Origin: Centroscyllium fabricii
Taxonomy: Eukaryota
Length of the DNA: 64,000 nt
Assembly (NCBI GenBank): GCA_051313645.2
Contig: JBNRSN020000001.1
Location: forward strand, 80,166,001 to 80,230,000
Direction: 5' to 3'
In this document: piece after piece, positions 24,030-35,139 of the stretch
Layout: each line of letters starts with the position of its first letter
Position numbering within the stretch: position 1 is the first letter of the stretch
The notes under the pieces: model-generated
Told to the model about the DNA's origin: nothing
The model's database searches: none
What the model saw: the letters and a program-made list of their open reading frames with translations, nothing else
Made by a program: the position numbers and the translations under genes

Positions 24030-24905
24030 CAGGCAGAATTTTCCTCGGGCCGTGAGGCAGGTTTCTGGGTGGGACGGCAGCGAAAATAGCTAAAACAGGG
24101 GTCCATGACCCCCCCCCCCCGCCGCCTTCCCACCCGCTTGTCAATTTCACCTGGCGGGTCCGGTCAGCTCGCCTCAGTTCTGCCCGGCATCGGCGGGGAT
24201 GCTCGTTAAGCTCATTAAGGGCCCTTAATTGGCATCGGTAATGCGATTTTAAGGGCCCCTTGCTACTTTCACCCTCTTCCCACCCAGAACCCGCCTGGTG
24301 GGAACACCGCCGTTGAAAGCTGGCGGGCACCCAATCGGCTGGGTGACTGCCACCTTCAAGGCATGGGAACCAGCAGCCATACAGCAGCTTGCTAGCCTCC
24401 ACCATGCTGGAGGTGTAACTGGCACCCAAGGGTGCCAAACCTCAGTGCCCAAAGAACTTAAAATCACTTACCTGCAGCTGCGTTCCACTCAGTCACAGAC
24501 ATCGCGCTGCGAGCTGTGTCTGTGAAGCAAGCTGTCAATCACCCAGGGGATCAGTTTCCGTTTATATTCCACTGAAACCACAAACAAACAGAGACAGCCT
24601 AGTTAAAGCTATCACTCTTAGATTTGTGGTCTCATCTGTTTACATAGCATTGTGACATCATAATGCCCTGAAACCACAAAAAGAGAAACAGCAAGCCAAT
24701 CAGTACAGCTGCCAATCAAAGGCTCTGCTGCAGACACAGGTCAAAGCCTGCCCAGTTTCCAGGCAAAATCCGTCAATTGCTAGGATCTTTGCACACTCTG
24801 GGAATTAATTGGCCAATTAAGCCAAAATTGCTTGGTGATTCCACACCCTTCAAAAAGCGGGAAGACAGAGTGATCAGTGGGGATCCCATCCATTTTCCAC
24901 ACCTT
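24030..24905. mobile_element. Harbinger-like MITE, inverted relative of 17369-18252
   Basis: Shared blocks in reverse complement, including GGCATCGGCGGGGATG, AATTGGCCAATT and CACACCCTTCA. Confidence 0.65.
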
Positions 24906-25094
24906 CATGTTTATTTACCGTCCAAAGTTAATCCTTGTCTTTGACACATACATGTTATATAACTAGTGTGATTTTTTATATAGCTTGGCTGTTCCCAAAC
25001 AGTAGGGTAAAATGCATTTGTAAATGTTGAGGTAAAGGGAATGGGTAACACAATTCCAATTTTAATTTAAACATCCTTGGTTTGAATTTCTAGG

Positions 25095-26110
25095 CTTGAC
25101 TATTCCAACGCTCCCCTGGCCGGCCTCCCATCTTGCACCCTACGTAAACTTGAGCTCATCCAAAACACTGCTGCCCCCGTGTCCTAACTCACACCCAGTC
25201 CCATTCACCCATCATCCCCTGTGCTCACTGCCCCGTGTCCTAACTCACACCCAGTCCCATTCACCCATCACCCCCTGTGCTCACTGCCCAGTGTCCTAAC
25301 TCACACCGAGTCCTGTTCACCCATCACCCCCTGTGCTCACTGCCCCGTGTCCTAACTTGCACCCAGTCCCGTTCACCCATCACCCCCTGTGCTCACTGCC
25401 CCATGTCCTAACTCGCACCAAGTCCCGTTCACCCATCACCCCCTGTGCTCACTGCCCCGTGTCCTAACTCACACCCAGTCCCGTTCACCCATAACCCCCG
25501 TGCTCGCTGCCCCGTGTCCTAACTCACACCCACTCCCGTTCACCCATCACCCCCTGTGCTCACTGCCCTGTGTCCTAACTCACACCCAGTCCCGTTCGCC
25601 CCTTACCCTCCATGTTCACTGCCCCGTGTCCTAACTCGCACCGAATCCCGTTCACCCATCACCCCCTGTGCTCGCTGACCTACATTGGCTCCCGGTTAAG
25701 CAATGCCTCAATTTCAAAACTCTCATCCTTGTTTTCAAATTCCTCCATGGCCTCGCCCCTCCCCTATCTCTGTAATCTCCTCCAGCCCCACAATTCCCTG
25801 AGAAATTTGCGCTCCTCTAATTCTGGCATCTTGCCCATCCCCGATTTCCATCGCTCCACCATTGGTGGCCGTGCTTTCAGCTGCCTGGGCCCCAAGCTCT
25901 GGAATTCCATCCCTAAACCTCTCCATCTCTCTCTCCTCCTTTACGACGCTCCATAAAACCGACCTCTTTGACCAAGCTTTTGGTCAACTGTCCTAATATC
26001 TCCTTATGCGGCTCGGTGTCAAATTTTTTGTCTTACAATACTCCTGTGAAACGCCTTGGGACGTTTTACTACGTTAAAGGTGCTATATAAATACAAGTTG
26101 TTATTGTTGT
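25095..26110 (+). mobile_element. L2 LINE 3' fragment containing a minisatellite
   Basis: RLDYSNA...IQN...PITPVL..LHWLP reading, with an L2 tail at 26040-26110. Confidence 0.85.
25172..25676 (+). repeat. 56-bp minisatellite, about 9 copies
   Basis: Unit TGCCCCGTGTCCTAACTCACACCCAGTCCCGTTCACCCATCACCCCCTGTGCTCAC, starting at 25229, 25285, 25341, 25397, 25453 and onward. Confidence 0.95.
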
Positions 26111-26683
26111 AGAATTTGCTGAACTGATCCTCGTGCATTACAGAAAGGCTGAACAAAGAGCACTCACCAACTCGAATGCTTTCTGCTTTCTTCATCCAGC
26201 TTCATTCATTTATTACAGCGTGGCACCAGAATATTATTTTAAAAAGTCAAATTAAACTGCAGCCGCAAAATGCGTGATGTTTTGTGACAAGTGTTAATTT
26301 AATTCACACCGTCCCCTGTACTCTCGCATCCTGTGTGTAGCATTTTAATTTTTGCAAAGCCCGGAAAGGGTCTGGAGAATGAATGGCATGACACTGTGTG
26401 GGTGGGATGACAGTAAATGCTTCAGTCAAAGATTTACTGAATATAATTTGCTAGATGTTGGGTTGTAAGAAAAATAAAAGGTAGCAATTTTATATAAAAA
26501 TGTATTTGAAAAGTCCAACATTATAAATCGATAGCACACAGCGTTTGAACAGCAGTCAGTACATCCTTATAGAAATGTGACTGTGCACCAAACCCAACTT
26601 CGAAAGTCATAGCCCACAAATTGGGCTTCATACCACCACAATTTACCGCCGCAATCCTGGAAACAAAATGGCGGCCGTGCTCT

Positions 26684-26884
26684 AACATAGAAACATAGAA
26701 GATAGGAGCAGGAGTAGGCCATTCGGCCCTTCGAGCCTGCTCCACCATTCAATGAGATCATGGCTGATCATTCAAACCCAGTACCCTGTCCCTGCCTTGT
26801 CCCCATATCCCTCGATCCCTATCGAACCTGCACCGACACATATCCCACCCTATCCCCGCAACCCCACATATTCAATTCCCCTAA
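26684..26884 (-). mobile_element. 5'-truncated HE1-type SINE
   Basis: Tail and 3' body match the 48938-49344 copy. Confidence 0.8.
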
Positions 26885-26889
26885 CGCCC

Positions 26890-28470
26890 ATCTCTGGCGC
26901 AGGACTCGGCAGCCGCCATTTTGGTGAGGGCCTCAGTGGCCCCGGACATGCAAGTATGGAGAACGCTCTGCGAACTTCGACCCTAGCGTTGAGTTTAGCG
27001 TTGGCTCCTAAGCTCGCTCTGAAAAGCGAGCGTGCAGCAGGCCGACAGAGACGCGGTCAGCACTTCTTAAAGGGGCACACACATCTTTCAGGTAAATTTG
27101 CATTTAAGGTTTTGGACTGAATTCTTTAGAATTTATTGAAGTGGTGGATGCTTACAAGGCCTCGGATGGTAAAGGCAGGCCTCTGAGAAGACAGAAAATT
27201 CTGAAAATACTCAGCAGGTCAAGCAGCATCCGTGGAGAGAGAAATAGAGTTCACATCTCAGGTCGAGATGCTACCTGACCTGCTGAGTATTTCCAGCATT
27301 TTATGCTTTTATTTCAGATTTCCAGCATTCGCTCGCAGAGGAAAGAGGAAGACGCAGAAGAGGAGGAAGCGGAAGGAAGATGAAACCCAGACAGCCCCGT
27401 TCTGGCTGGGCTAACCGGGATGGAATTATCCGTCTATGGTACCAGTGAACGCAACCCAACTTCCCCTTTCAACATTAGTCCCACATCTCACCTTCCCTCT
27501 GTTACTGACCATCACAGCGTCCTATTGGCCACGAAGCTGAAATAAAAGCCACCACAAAGCAAACTTGCCAATCCAACTTTATATATCTATCCATCGAACA
27601 TGACATCAAGGAATCAACTCATCGCCCCTATGCATTCCCTTAGTAACTGATTTGTGTGGGTGCCTTTGCCTATCCTACTGAGGTCACGCAGTGCCACCCC
27701 AGCGGCTGCAGCATGGCAGGCGGAAGGCTGCTGACTTTCAGTGAGGGACACTGCAAATGGCCTTGCAGGTCGACCTTGAGGAGCTGGTGGCTGGGAATGT
27801 GAAATTGAGTAACGGTGTTTCTTCTTCTTCGCTCTCCTCTCCCTCTTCTTGGTCAATCACTGGCTGGGCAGGCTGCATTTCCTGGGTGTGTGAAATGAGG
27901 AAGGCACAAGGGTGGGGTTGTGGTGAGGGGAGGACGGGAAAGCAAGAGGTGTATGTGAGAAGGAGGATAATGTATACGGATACCAGCATCTTGTATCCAT
28001 TCTGCCCCGCCGCTGGCCAAGGGCTCAGCCATGTCCCTGCCAATACTGGCCAGCACCGTCTCCTCCAAGGGGGTGAAGTGAAGCTAGGAATGGGAGGTGT
28101 GCCTCATGTTTGGTACAGATTTTTGTTGGGTGAGTGAATGGGGGTCGGGGGGGGGGGGCGGGTGTTGTGTATTGAGAAGTGTTCGAAGCTAGTGGTGTAG
28201 TTGGTAGGAGACGGCTTTTGAAGATGCATTCACTGACCTTGACCACTGGTCTGAGGTCATGAAGCTTCTTTAGGCACTGGAGCCAGGTGGTGGGGGCGAC
28301 ACTGTTGGCAGTGACACCCTCGGTGATCTGGTCCCAGATTGTTCTTTCTGGAGGGCCTCCTGGCCCCTGTGGGTAGAGGACCTCTCTTGTAGTGTTGACC
28401 CCTTGCACAAAGCTGGAGTGCTGCATGCGAGAGCCTGGGTGCCCCTTCCCTGGCTTGCTGAGCCATTTAG
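26890..28470. mobile_element. Harbinger-derived element with Myb/SANT remnant, paralogue of 2643-6160
   Basis: The minus strand at 28236-28466 reads VQGVNTTREVLYPQG...IWDQITEGVTANSVAPTTWLQCLKKLHDL. Confidence 0.7.
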
Positions 28471-29122
28471 AAACATAGAAAATAGGTGCAGGAGTAGACC
28501 ATTCGGTCCTTTGAGCCTGCACCGCCATTTAATGCATTTATGGCTGAACATGCTACCTCAGTACCCCATTCCTGCTTTCTCGCCATACCCCTTGATCCCC
28601 CTAGTTGTGAGTATTATATCTAATTCCCTTTTGAATATATTTAGCGAACTGGCCTCAACAACCTTCTGTGGCAGAGAATTCCACAGATTCACCACTCTCT
28701 GGGTGAAGAAGTTCCTCCTCATCTCAGTCTTAAATAGCCTCCCCTTTATCCTTAGACTGTGACCCCTGGTTCTAGTCTTCCCTAACATTGGAAACATTCT
28801 GCCCACATCTAACTTGTCTAAACCAGTCAGGATTTTAAACGTCTCTATAAGATCCCCCCTCATTCTTCCGAACTCCAGAGGATACAAGTTCAGTTGATCC
28901 AAACTTTCTTGATATGTCAGTCCGGCCATCCCAGGAATCAATCTAGTGAACCTTCGCTGCACTCCCTCAATAGCAAGAATGTCCTTCCTCAAGTTAGGAG
29001 ACCAAAACTGCACACAATACTCCAGGTGTGGCCTCACCAAGGCCCTGTACAACTGTAGCATCACCTCCCTACTCCTGTACTCAAATCCCCTCGCTTTGAA
29101 GGCCAACATGCCATTTGCTTTC
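28470..29122 (-). mobile_element. CR1 3' fragment
   Basis: ORF 28558..29157, KKANGMLAF...GEKAGMGY*, plus tail. Confidence 0.93.
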
Positions 29123-29365
29123 TTGAGTTTGTGTAATATGAGTTCTCCCAGGGCCAATATTTATCCCTCAACCAACACCTAAAAAACAGGTGATCTGGTC
29201 ATTATCATGTTGCTGTGTGTGGGATCTTGGTGTGTGCAAATTGGTTGCCGCGTGACTACACTTCAGAAGTGTTTCATTGGCTGTAAAGCACTTTGGGACG
29301 TCCTGAGGTCATGAAACACGCTGTAGAAATGTCAGAAGATCTTTCTTTCTTTCTAACTGCTTTTG

Positions 29366-29659
29366 CAGGTTGAGCCCCATTAATCCGGCACGGTCGGGAC
29401 CAGGCGCATGCCGGACAAGTGAAAACTCTGAACAATTGAAGCTTCGGCGAGCGCACGCGCAGAGCATTCAAAATGGCCGCCGGCCATCGCGTCGGCCATT
29501 TTGAATGGTCTGCGCATGCGCTCATCATTCAGGGAGGCCCGGGCATGCGCAGCTAAGCGCGGCGGCCATTTCGCGCATGCGCAGACCAGTCGGCCGGATT
29601 CGTTCCGGACGACTGAAGTTAGTGGGTTACCGGTGTCCGGATTAACGGTGCTCAACCTG
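29366..29659. mobile_element. Tigger/pogo-like MITE, shorter relative of 15321-15770
   Basis: TIRs CAGGTTGAGCCCCATTAATCCGG and CCGGATTAACGGTGCTCAACCTG. Confidence 0.8.
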
Positions 29660-30259
29660 CATAAGAATTCCTTTCACCATAAGCAGTGATTAGAAAAGTA
29701 CCACTGAGACAGTAAATAGGAAACGTAAGAACTCCCAACAGTCGATGTAAAGTTACAAGTTCAGAGCTGATACTGTACTGATAATTAAAGCATTCAGTTG
29801 ACTGTTTGTTCTGCAGGAAGGACACAATAACCAGAGAACAATAACAAAGGCTGTTTTACACATACATTAGCTAAGCAGTTAGGCAGATATTGTTTTGTGG
29901 AAATGGGGAAGAGACTGTAAATTTGGAATACAGAGGGAAATACAGCCATGGTGCAACATCTGTCTAACTTTACTCTTCTGCAAAGGTGCTGCAGGGTAGA
30001 TTTGGAACAGGCAGTTGGTCAATTTAGTAATCAGCCCAAAATGGTGCTGGGAAGTGGCTCTGCTCAAAATATACAGAGTGTCTATTTTTAAAAATTTGTT
30101 TATGGGATGTGGGGATCACTGGTGAGACCAGCATTTATTGCCCATCCCTAATAGCCCTTGAGAAGGTGGTGGTGAGCCGCTGTGTCAGCAAATGTGTTGT
30201 AAGAGGGGCGGGACTTTTGGCAGGACTCACAGCAAACACTCTATTTTACAGCAGAGTCT

Positions 30260-30800
30260 ATTTAAACAGCGCACTACAGCAAACAGTCTACAGAGTCTAT
30301 TTAAGCAGAGCCTCTATGAACTACAGCAAACAGAACTCATCACCAAAACTACAGCAAAGTCTCCCGATAAAAGCAGGGCTATTTCTCCAGAAAAGTGCAG
30401 TGAGCAGACCAAATGCGGGAAAATGGGATTAGAATAGATTGGGATTGATGGGCGGCACGGACGCGATGGGCCAAAGGGCCTCTTTCTGTGCTATATTACT
30501 CTATGACTCTATGATTCTATGACTCTATGATAGTTATATTTAAGCAGCGCACTACAGCAAACAGTCTACAGAGTCTATTTAAGCAGAGTCTCGATGAACT
30601 ACAGCAAACAGAACTCATCACCAAAACTACAGCAAAGTCTCCCGATAAAAGCAGGGCTATTTCTCCAGAAAAGTGCAGTGAGCGGACCAAATGCGGGAAA
30701 ATGGGATTAGAATAGACTGGGATTGATGGGCGGCACGGACGTGATAGGCCGAAGGGCCTCTTTCTGTGCTGTATTACTCTATGACTCTATGATAGTTATA
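30260..30800 (+). repeat. Local tandem duplication (~275 bp x2) including a HER1 tail
   Basis: The ORFs at 30192 and 30527 share identical text (QRTTANSLQSLFKQSL...KCGKMGLE). Each unit ends in (ACTCTATG)n. Confidence 0.9.
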
Positions 30801-31889
30801 GAATACAAACTGTGCGTAAAATCGATCCCAATCACTTACAGCAGCGTGGTCTCTGGGTGTGACTGACGGGGGAATTGTCCAATCATCTCTGGTCTGGCCA
30901 AGACTTGTGGTGTCGCTCTGCGCAGCCCAAGGTTTAAGGGATCAATAGACAAAAGTAACAGTCGGATTTGTTTGGCATTAAGCATTACTCTGCCTAATTA
31001 TTTAAATTGCAATTAAATAAATTGTTAAATTAGTGAAAAGTTAATGCTCTGATGAGATTAATAGGATCAACAAAAGAACCCCATCTGGCACTGTTTTCTT
31101 TTGAAAAACCTTGACAAGGTGCGAACAGATTTTAAAGTGATTTAGTTTTCTCCTACCCTCCTCTCCCAAAAAATAGGTGATGATGGAAAGCAATTATTGG
31201 TAATAGCAATATCTTGAAGGCTATAGACTTGGCCCCAGCTGTGAATTATGTGTGATGTGGCAGAGTACCAAGGCAGATAGCATTTTGCACTTGGCACTTT
31301 TTCCCTCGTTGAAACTGATTTAGCACTTATCAAGATAAAATTCTGCGAAACTTGCTGTATTAAATGTAAATCTTTATAAAAGAAAGTTCGGGTCCTCTAA
31401 AACTTTATATGGATGTAAATGGTTTGTTTAAACTATCTGGTTAAACCCCAAATGTTGTATTATCTGGACATTTATCTCATTGCTGTTTGTGGGAGCTTGC
31501 TGTGCGCAAATTGGCTGCTATGGTTTCCCACATTGCAACAGTGACTACATTGGCTGTAAAGCACTTTGGGATGTTCTGAAAACGTGAAAGTTGCTGTAGA
31601 AATGCGAGTTCTTTCATTCTAATCGTTGTCACATCTGAAGTTCCAATTTTTCCAGCTAGCTTTGTCCCTGAAATTGTACAGCACGGTACGAATGTACAAA
31701 CATTTAACGTGTTTGTGGGCTATTTCCTACTCTGGTACCTGTATTTCAAGGCAGAATTAGCCAATAATTGTTTTAAACTGTTTATGCCTGTATTAAAATA
31801 GCAGAGAGAGAAATGTGAGATGAGCACGTTAAGTGTTCGTATGTAATTATTCCTGTGCATCATCTTGCACCCTTTGTTAGCTTGAATGA

Positions 31890-32635
31890 ATCCAAAACTC
31901 TGCTGCCCGTGTCCCAACTCGCACCAAGTCCTGTTCGCCCATCACCCATTGTGTCCGCTGACCTACACTGATTCCCAATCCGGCAACGCCTCGATTTTAA
32001 AATTCTCATTCTGGTGTTCAAACCCTCCATAGCTTCACCCCTCCCTATCTCCGTGAGCTCCTCCAGCCCCACAACCCTCCACAAGCTCTGCGCTCCTCCA
32101 ATTCTGGCCTCTTGTGCGCATCCCCGATTTTAATCGCTCCACCATTGGCAGCCGTACCTTCAGCTGCCTCGGTCCCCGAGCTCTGGAATTCCCTCCATCA
32201 ACCTCTCCGCCCCTCTCTCCTCCTTCAAGAGTCTCCTTAAAACTGACCTCTTTCACCTGTCCTAACATCTCCTTATGTGGCTCGGAGTCAAATTGTGTCT
32301 GATAATTGCTCCTGTGAAGCGCCTTGGGACGTTGTACTATGTTAAACATAGAAACATAGAAACATAGAAGATAGGAGCAGGAGTCGGCCATTCGGCCCTT
32401 CGAGCCTGCTCCGCCATTCAATGAGATCATGGCTGATCATCCAAACCCAGCACCCTGTCCCTGCCCTCTCCCCATATCCCTCTCGAGCCTGCACCGACAC
32501 ATATCCCACCCTATCCCCGTAACCCCACATATTCAATCCCCCTAACACTAAGGGTCAATTTATCATGGCCAATCAACCTAACCCGCACATCTTTGGACTG
32601 TATAAGGCACTGTACAAATGCAAGTTGTTGTTGTT
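31890..32635 (+). mobile_element. L2 3' fragment with a nested truncated HE1 SINE (32345-32601, minus)
   Basis: L2 tail motifs split by the SINE tail and body. Confidence 0.8.
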
Positions 32636-32907
32636 GCAACTTCAAGGCTCTGTGACTATTTCTGTGGGCTTCCAAATGTTCAGTGGATTTTAACATATTG
32701 ACTTGACGGGGTATAATCATGGGCATTAATGAAAATCTTAGGTCCGAAACTCTGATTTCGATCTTTGGCATATTAGAATTATACAGAGTTACATAGAATC
32801 TACAGCACAGAAACAGGCCATTCAGCCCAACCAGTCTATCCACACGACCCTCCTCCCACCCCTCTTAATCTCACCCTATCCGCATAACCTTCCCCCTCAT
32901 GTGTTTA

Positions 32908-33300
32908 TGTCTTCTTCTTGGGCAGTCCCTCGGAATCGAGGATGACTTGCTTCCACATTAAAAATGAGTTCTCAGGTGACTGATGAGTCCAATGTGGGAC
33001 CTACAGTCTCTGTCGCAGGTGGGGCAGATGGTGGTTGAAGGGGCGGGTGGGTGGGGTGCTTGGGTTGACGTGCGCCCCTTGCGCTGCCTGCGCTTGGCTT
33101 CCGCTTGCCCCCGGCAAAGAGACTCGAGGTGTTCGGCGCCTTCCCGGATGCTTCTCCTCCACTTTGTGCGGTCTTGGGCCAGGGATTCCCAGGTGTCGGT
33201 GGGGATGTTGCACTTTTTCAAGGAGGCTTTGAGGGTGTCCTTGAAGCGTTTCCTCTGCCCGCCTGGGGCTCTCTTGCCTTGCCGTGCCGTTGCTCCGAGT
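32908..33300 (-). mobile_element. RTE-clade (BovB-like) LINE 3' fragment
   Basis: GKRAPGGQRKRFKDTLKASLKKC...WESLAQDR..WR...CPTCDRDCRSHIGLISHLRTH*, then a short 3' UTR ending (AAG)n. Confidence 0.9.
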
Positions 33301-33365
33301 AGAGCGCTTGTTTTGGGAAAAACAAGCATTTATGTACGATAGCAAAATCCGGCTGCTGGAAATCT

Positions 33366-33593
33366 GAAATAACAACAGAAAACACTGGAGAAATTCAGCA
33401 GGCCAGGCAGCATCAGTGGAGAGAGGAGCAGAGTTGACGTTTCAGGTCGATGACCTTTCTTCAAAACTTACTTCAAAACTTTTTTCTCCAGTTTTGAAAA
33501 AAAGGTCATCGACCTGAAACGTCAACTCTTGTTCCTCTCTCCACCAATGCTGCCTGGCCTGCTGAGTTTCTCCAGTGTTTTCTGTTGTTATTT
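33366..33593. repeat. Inverted repeat (~100-bp arms) of Penelope-like termini
   Basis: 33367-33468 is the near reverse complement of 33490-33593. Confidence 0.85.
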
Positions 33594-35049
33594 AAGCATT
33601 TATGTAGTTATCCCTGAAATGCATTTTTGCTATTCACCTCAGCTACTCCCTGTGGTGGCCAGTTCCGCATTCTCACCAGAAGGTTATAATGATCAGTGAT
33701 GTTTATTTGACAGATAGATGTTGGTTGTTTCTGACAGCAGTCCCTGGATGTTTGATTTTGGTCAATAAATGACATTTCTACAATACTTGGGTGACTCATT
33801 TTAGTCCCTATCTCTCTGAGCCCCAGTGACAGAAGGCAGGCTCTTTATCTCGCTAAGCTCTTGCTAACCGCAGACTGATTCCATTTTTTACAGACTCTTG
33901 TTTCAGATGTTTTGCTTAAAAGGTCATCAATCACTGTTAATCCTGTCCTGCAAAAAAAAGATTGCACACAAGTACTGGACCCGTTGCCGTCTCCCCGAAG
34001 CAATGTTAATTACCTGAGAAATGTCAGGATGTGAGCAAAGCCAGTCAGACTGAAATTGCCACTAGAACTTTCCATTCAGCCCATGTAGATCCTTTGCAAA
34101 AATATTATATTTCTCACGACTGTACTTTTAAGGCCTAGGTAAGATATTGCATGCCACTTGATTTTCCTGCCTTGCAAATGAATGGAAGGAAAGAATAGTA
34201 TTCTTTACTAGAATGGTACCAGCGATGAGGGTGTTTCCTAGCTGATGGGGTTACAGGGAACTGGCAGGGAAGTGGACGTGAGTCTAAGTTCGGATCAGCC
34301 ATGATCCTATTAAATGGCGGAGCAGGCCCGAGGGGCCGTATGGCCGACTCCTGCTCCTACTTCTTATGTTCTTATTGGCCCAGAAATTGCAGTGGAGCCT
34401 TTCATGCGGGTGCAGTGCTGCTAGTTGCACTTACCCAGCGCATCTGCCGGTTTGCTTTTTTGCACTCAGTCATTCCAGTTAGCCCAGCTTGTCAGAGCTC
34501 CGTGCGAGCTCCCTGGGCAACTGAACGGCGTAATTAGTGCGAGATGGCTTTTGAGACCACGTGATTGGCAGGGAGCCAATCAGTGGAAGCAATCCTCCGT
34601 TCAAAACTTCCACTGAGAAATCTGTGCAAGTTTTGAAAGGAGAGATTACCCAAAAGACATCTAAACTCAAAAATAAAATTTTATAAACACCACATTTTTT
34701 TAACATTACCCCAACTAACATAAATAACCTATTTTAAAGAAAAAATAAAAAATTACAGAAAAATCTTTCATCTTCTAACAGGCCTAAAAAAATACTTACC
34801 TTGTGGCGGCACGCCCACTGGGACACCGAATCCGCCACGGGAACTCCGCGGAGCAGAGCCCCGCTCATCCGGGTGATGCGACGACGTCACCACGTCTGCC
34901 TGCGTGATGACGTCACCAACGGTGGGCAGTTTAAATAAGCTTGTTGCGAGTGGTTCACTCTCTTTCCTGTTTAACTCTTATGCATTAAACAAGTGTTTTC
35001 TCTAGCTCTCTGGCTCACGCGTGGTTTCTAGGCCTTGCTGGCACTACAG

Positions 35050-35061
35050 TGGTGACCCCGA
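35050..35061 (+). promoter_or_regulatory. Primer binding site, tRNA-Trp
   Basis: TGGTGACCCCGA is complementary to the tRNA-Trp 3' end (...UCGGGGUCACCA) and lies 1 nt after the LTR. Confidence 0.85.
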
Positions 35062-35139
35062 ATTGGAACGACTTCCAAAGAAAAAAAGCTGCCGCAGGAT
35101 CAAGGATCACCAGCCAAAGAACATTTTAAAACAGAAAAC

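Noticed and set aside
25172-25676. CRISPR-like array
   Set aside because: Head-to-tail repeats with no unique spacers, in eukaryotic L2 sequence.
30840-30917. Minus-strand 78-nt exon candidate (SDTTSLGQTRDDWTIPPSVTPRDHAA, GTAAGT donor)
   Set aside because: Isolated, poor polypyrimidine tract, and no homology recognised.
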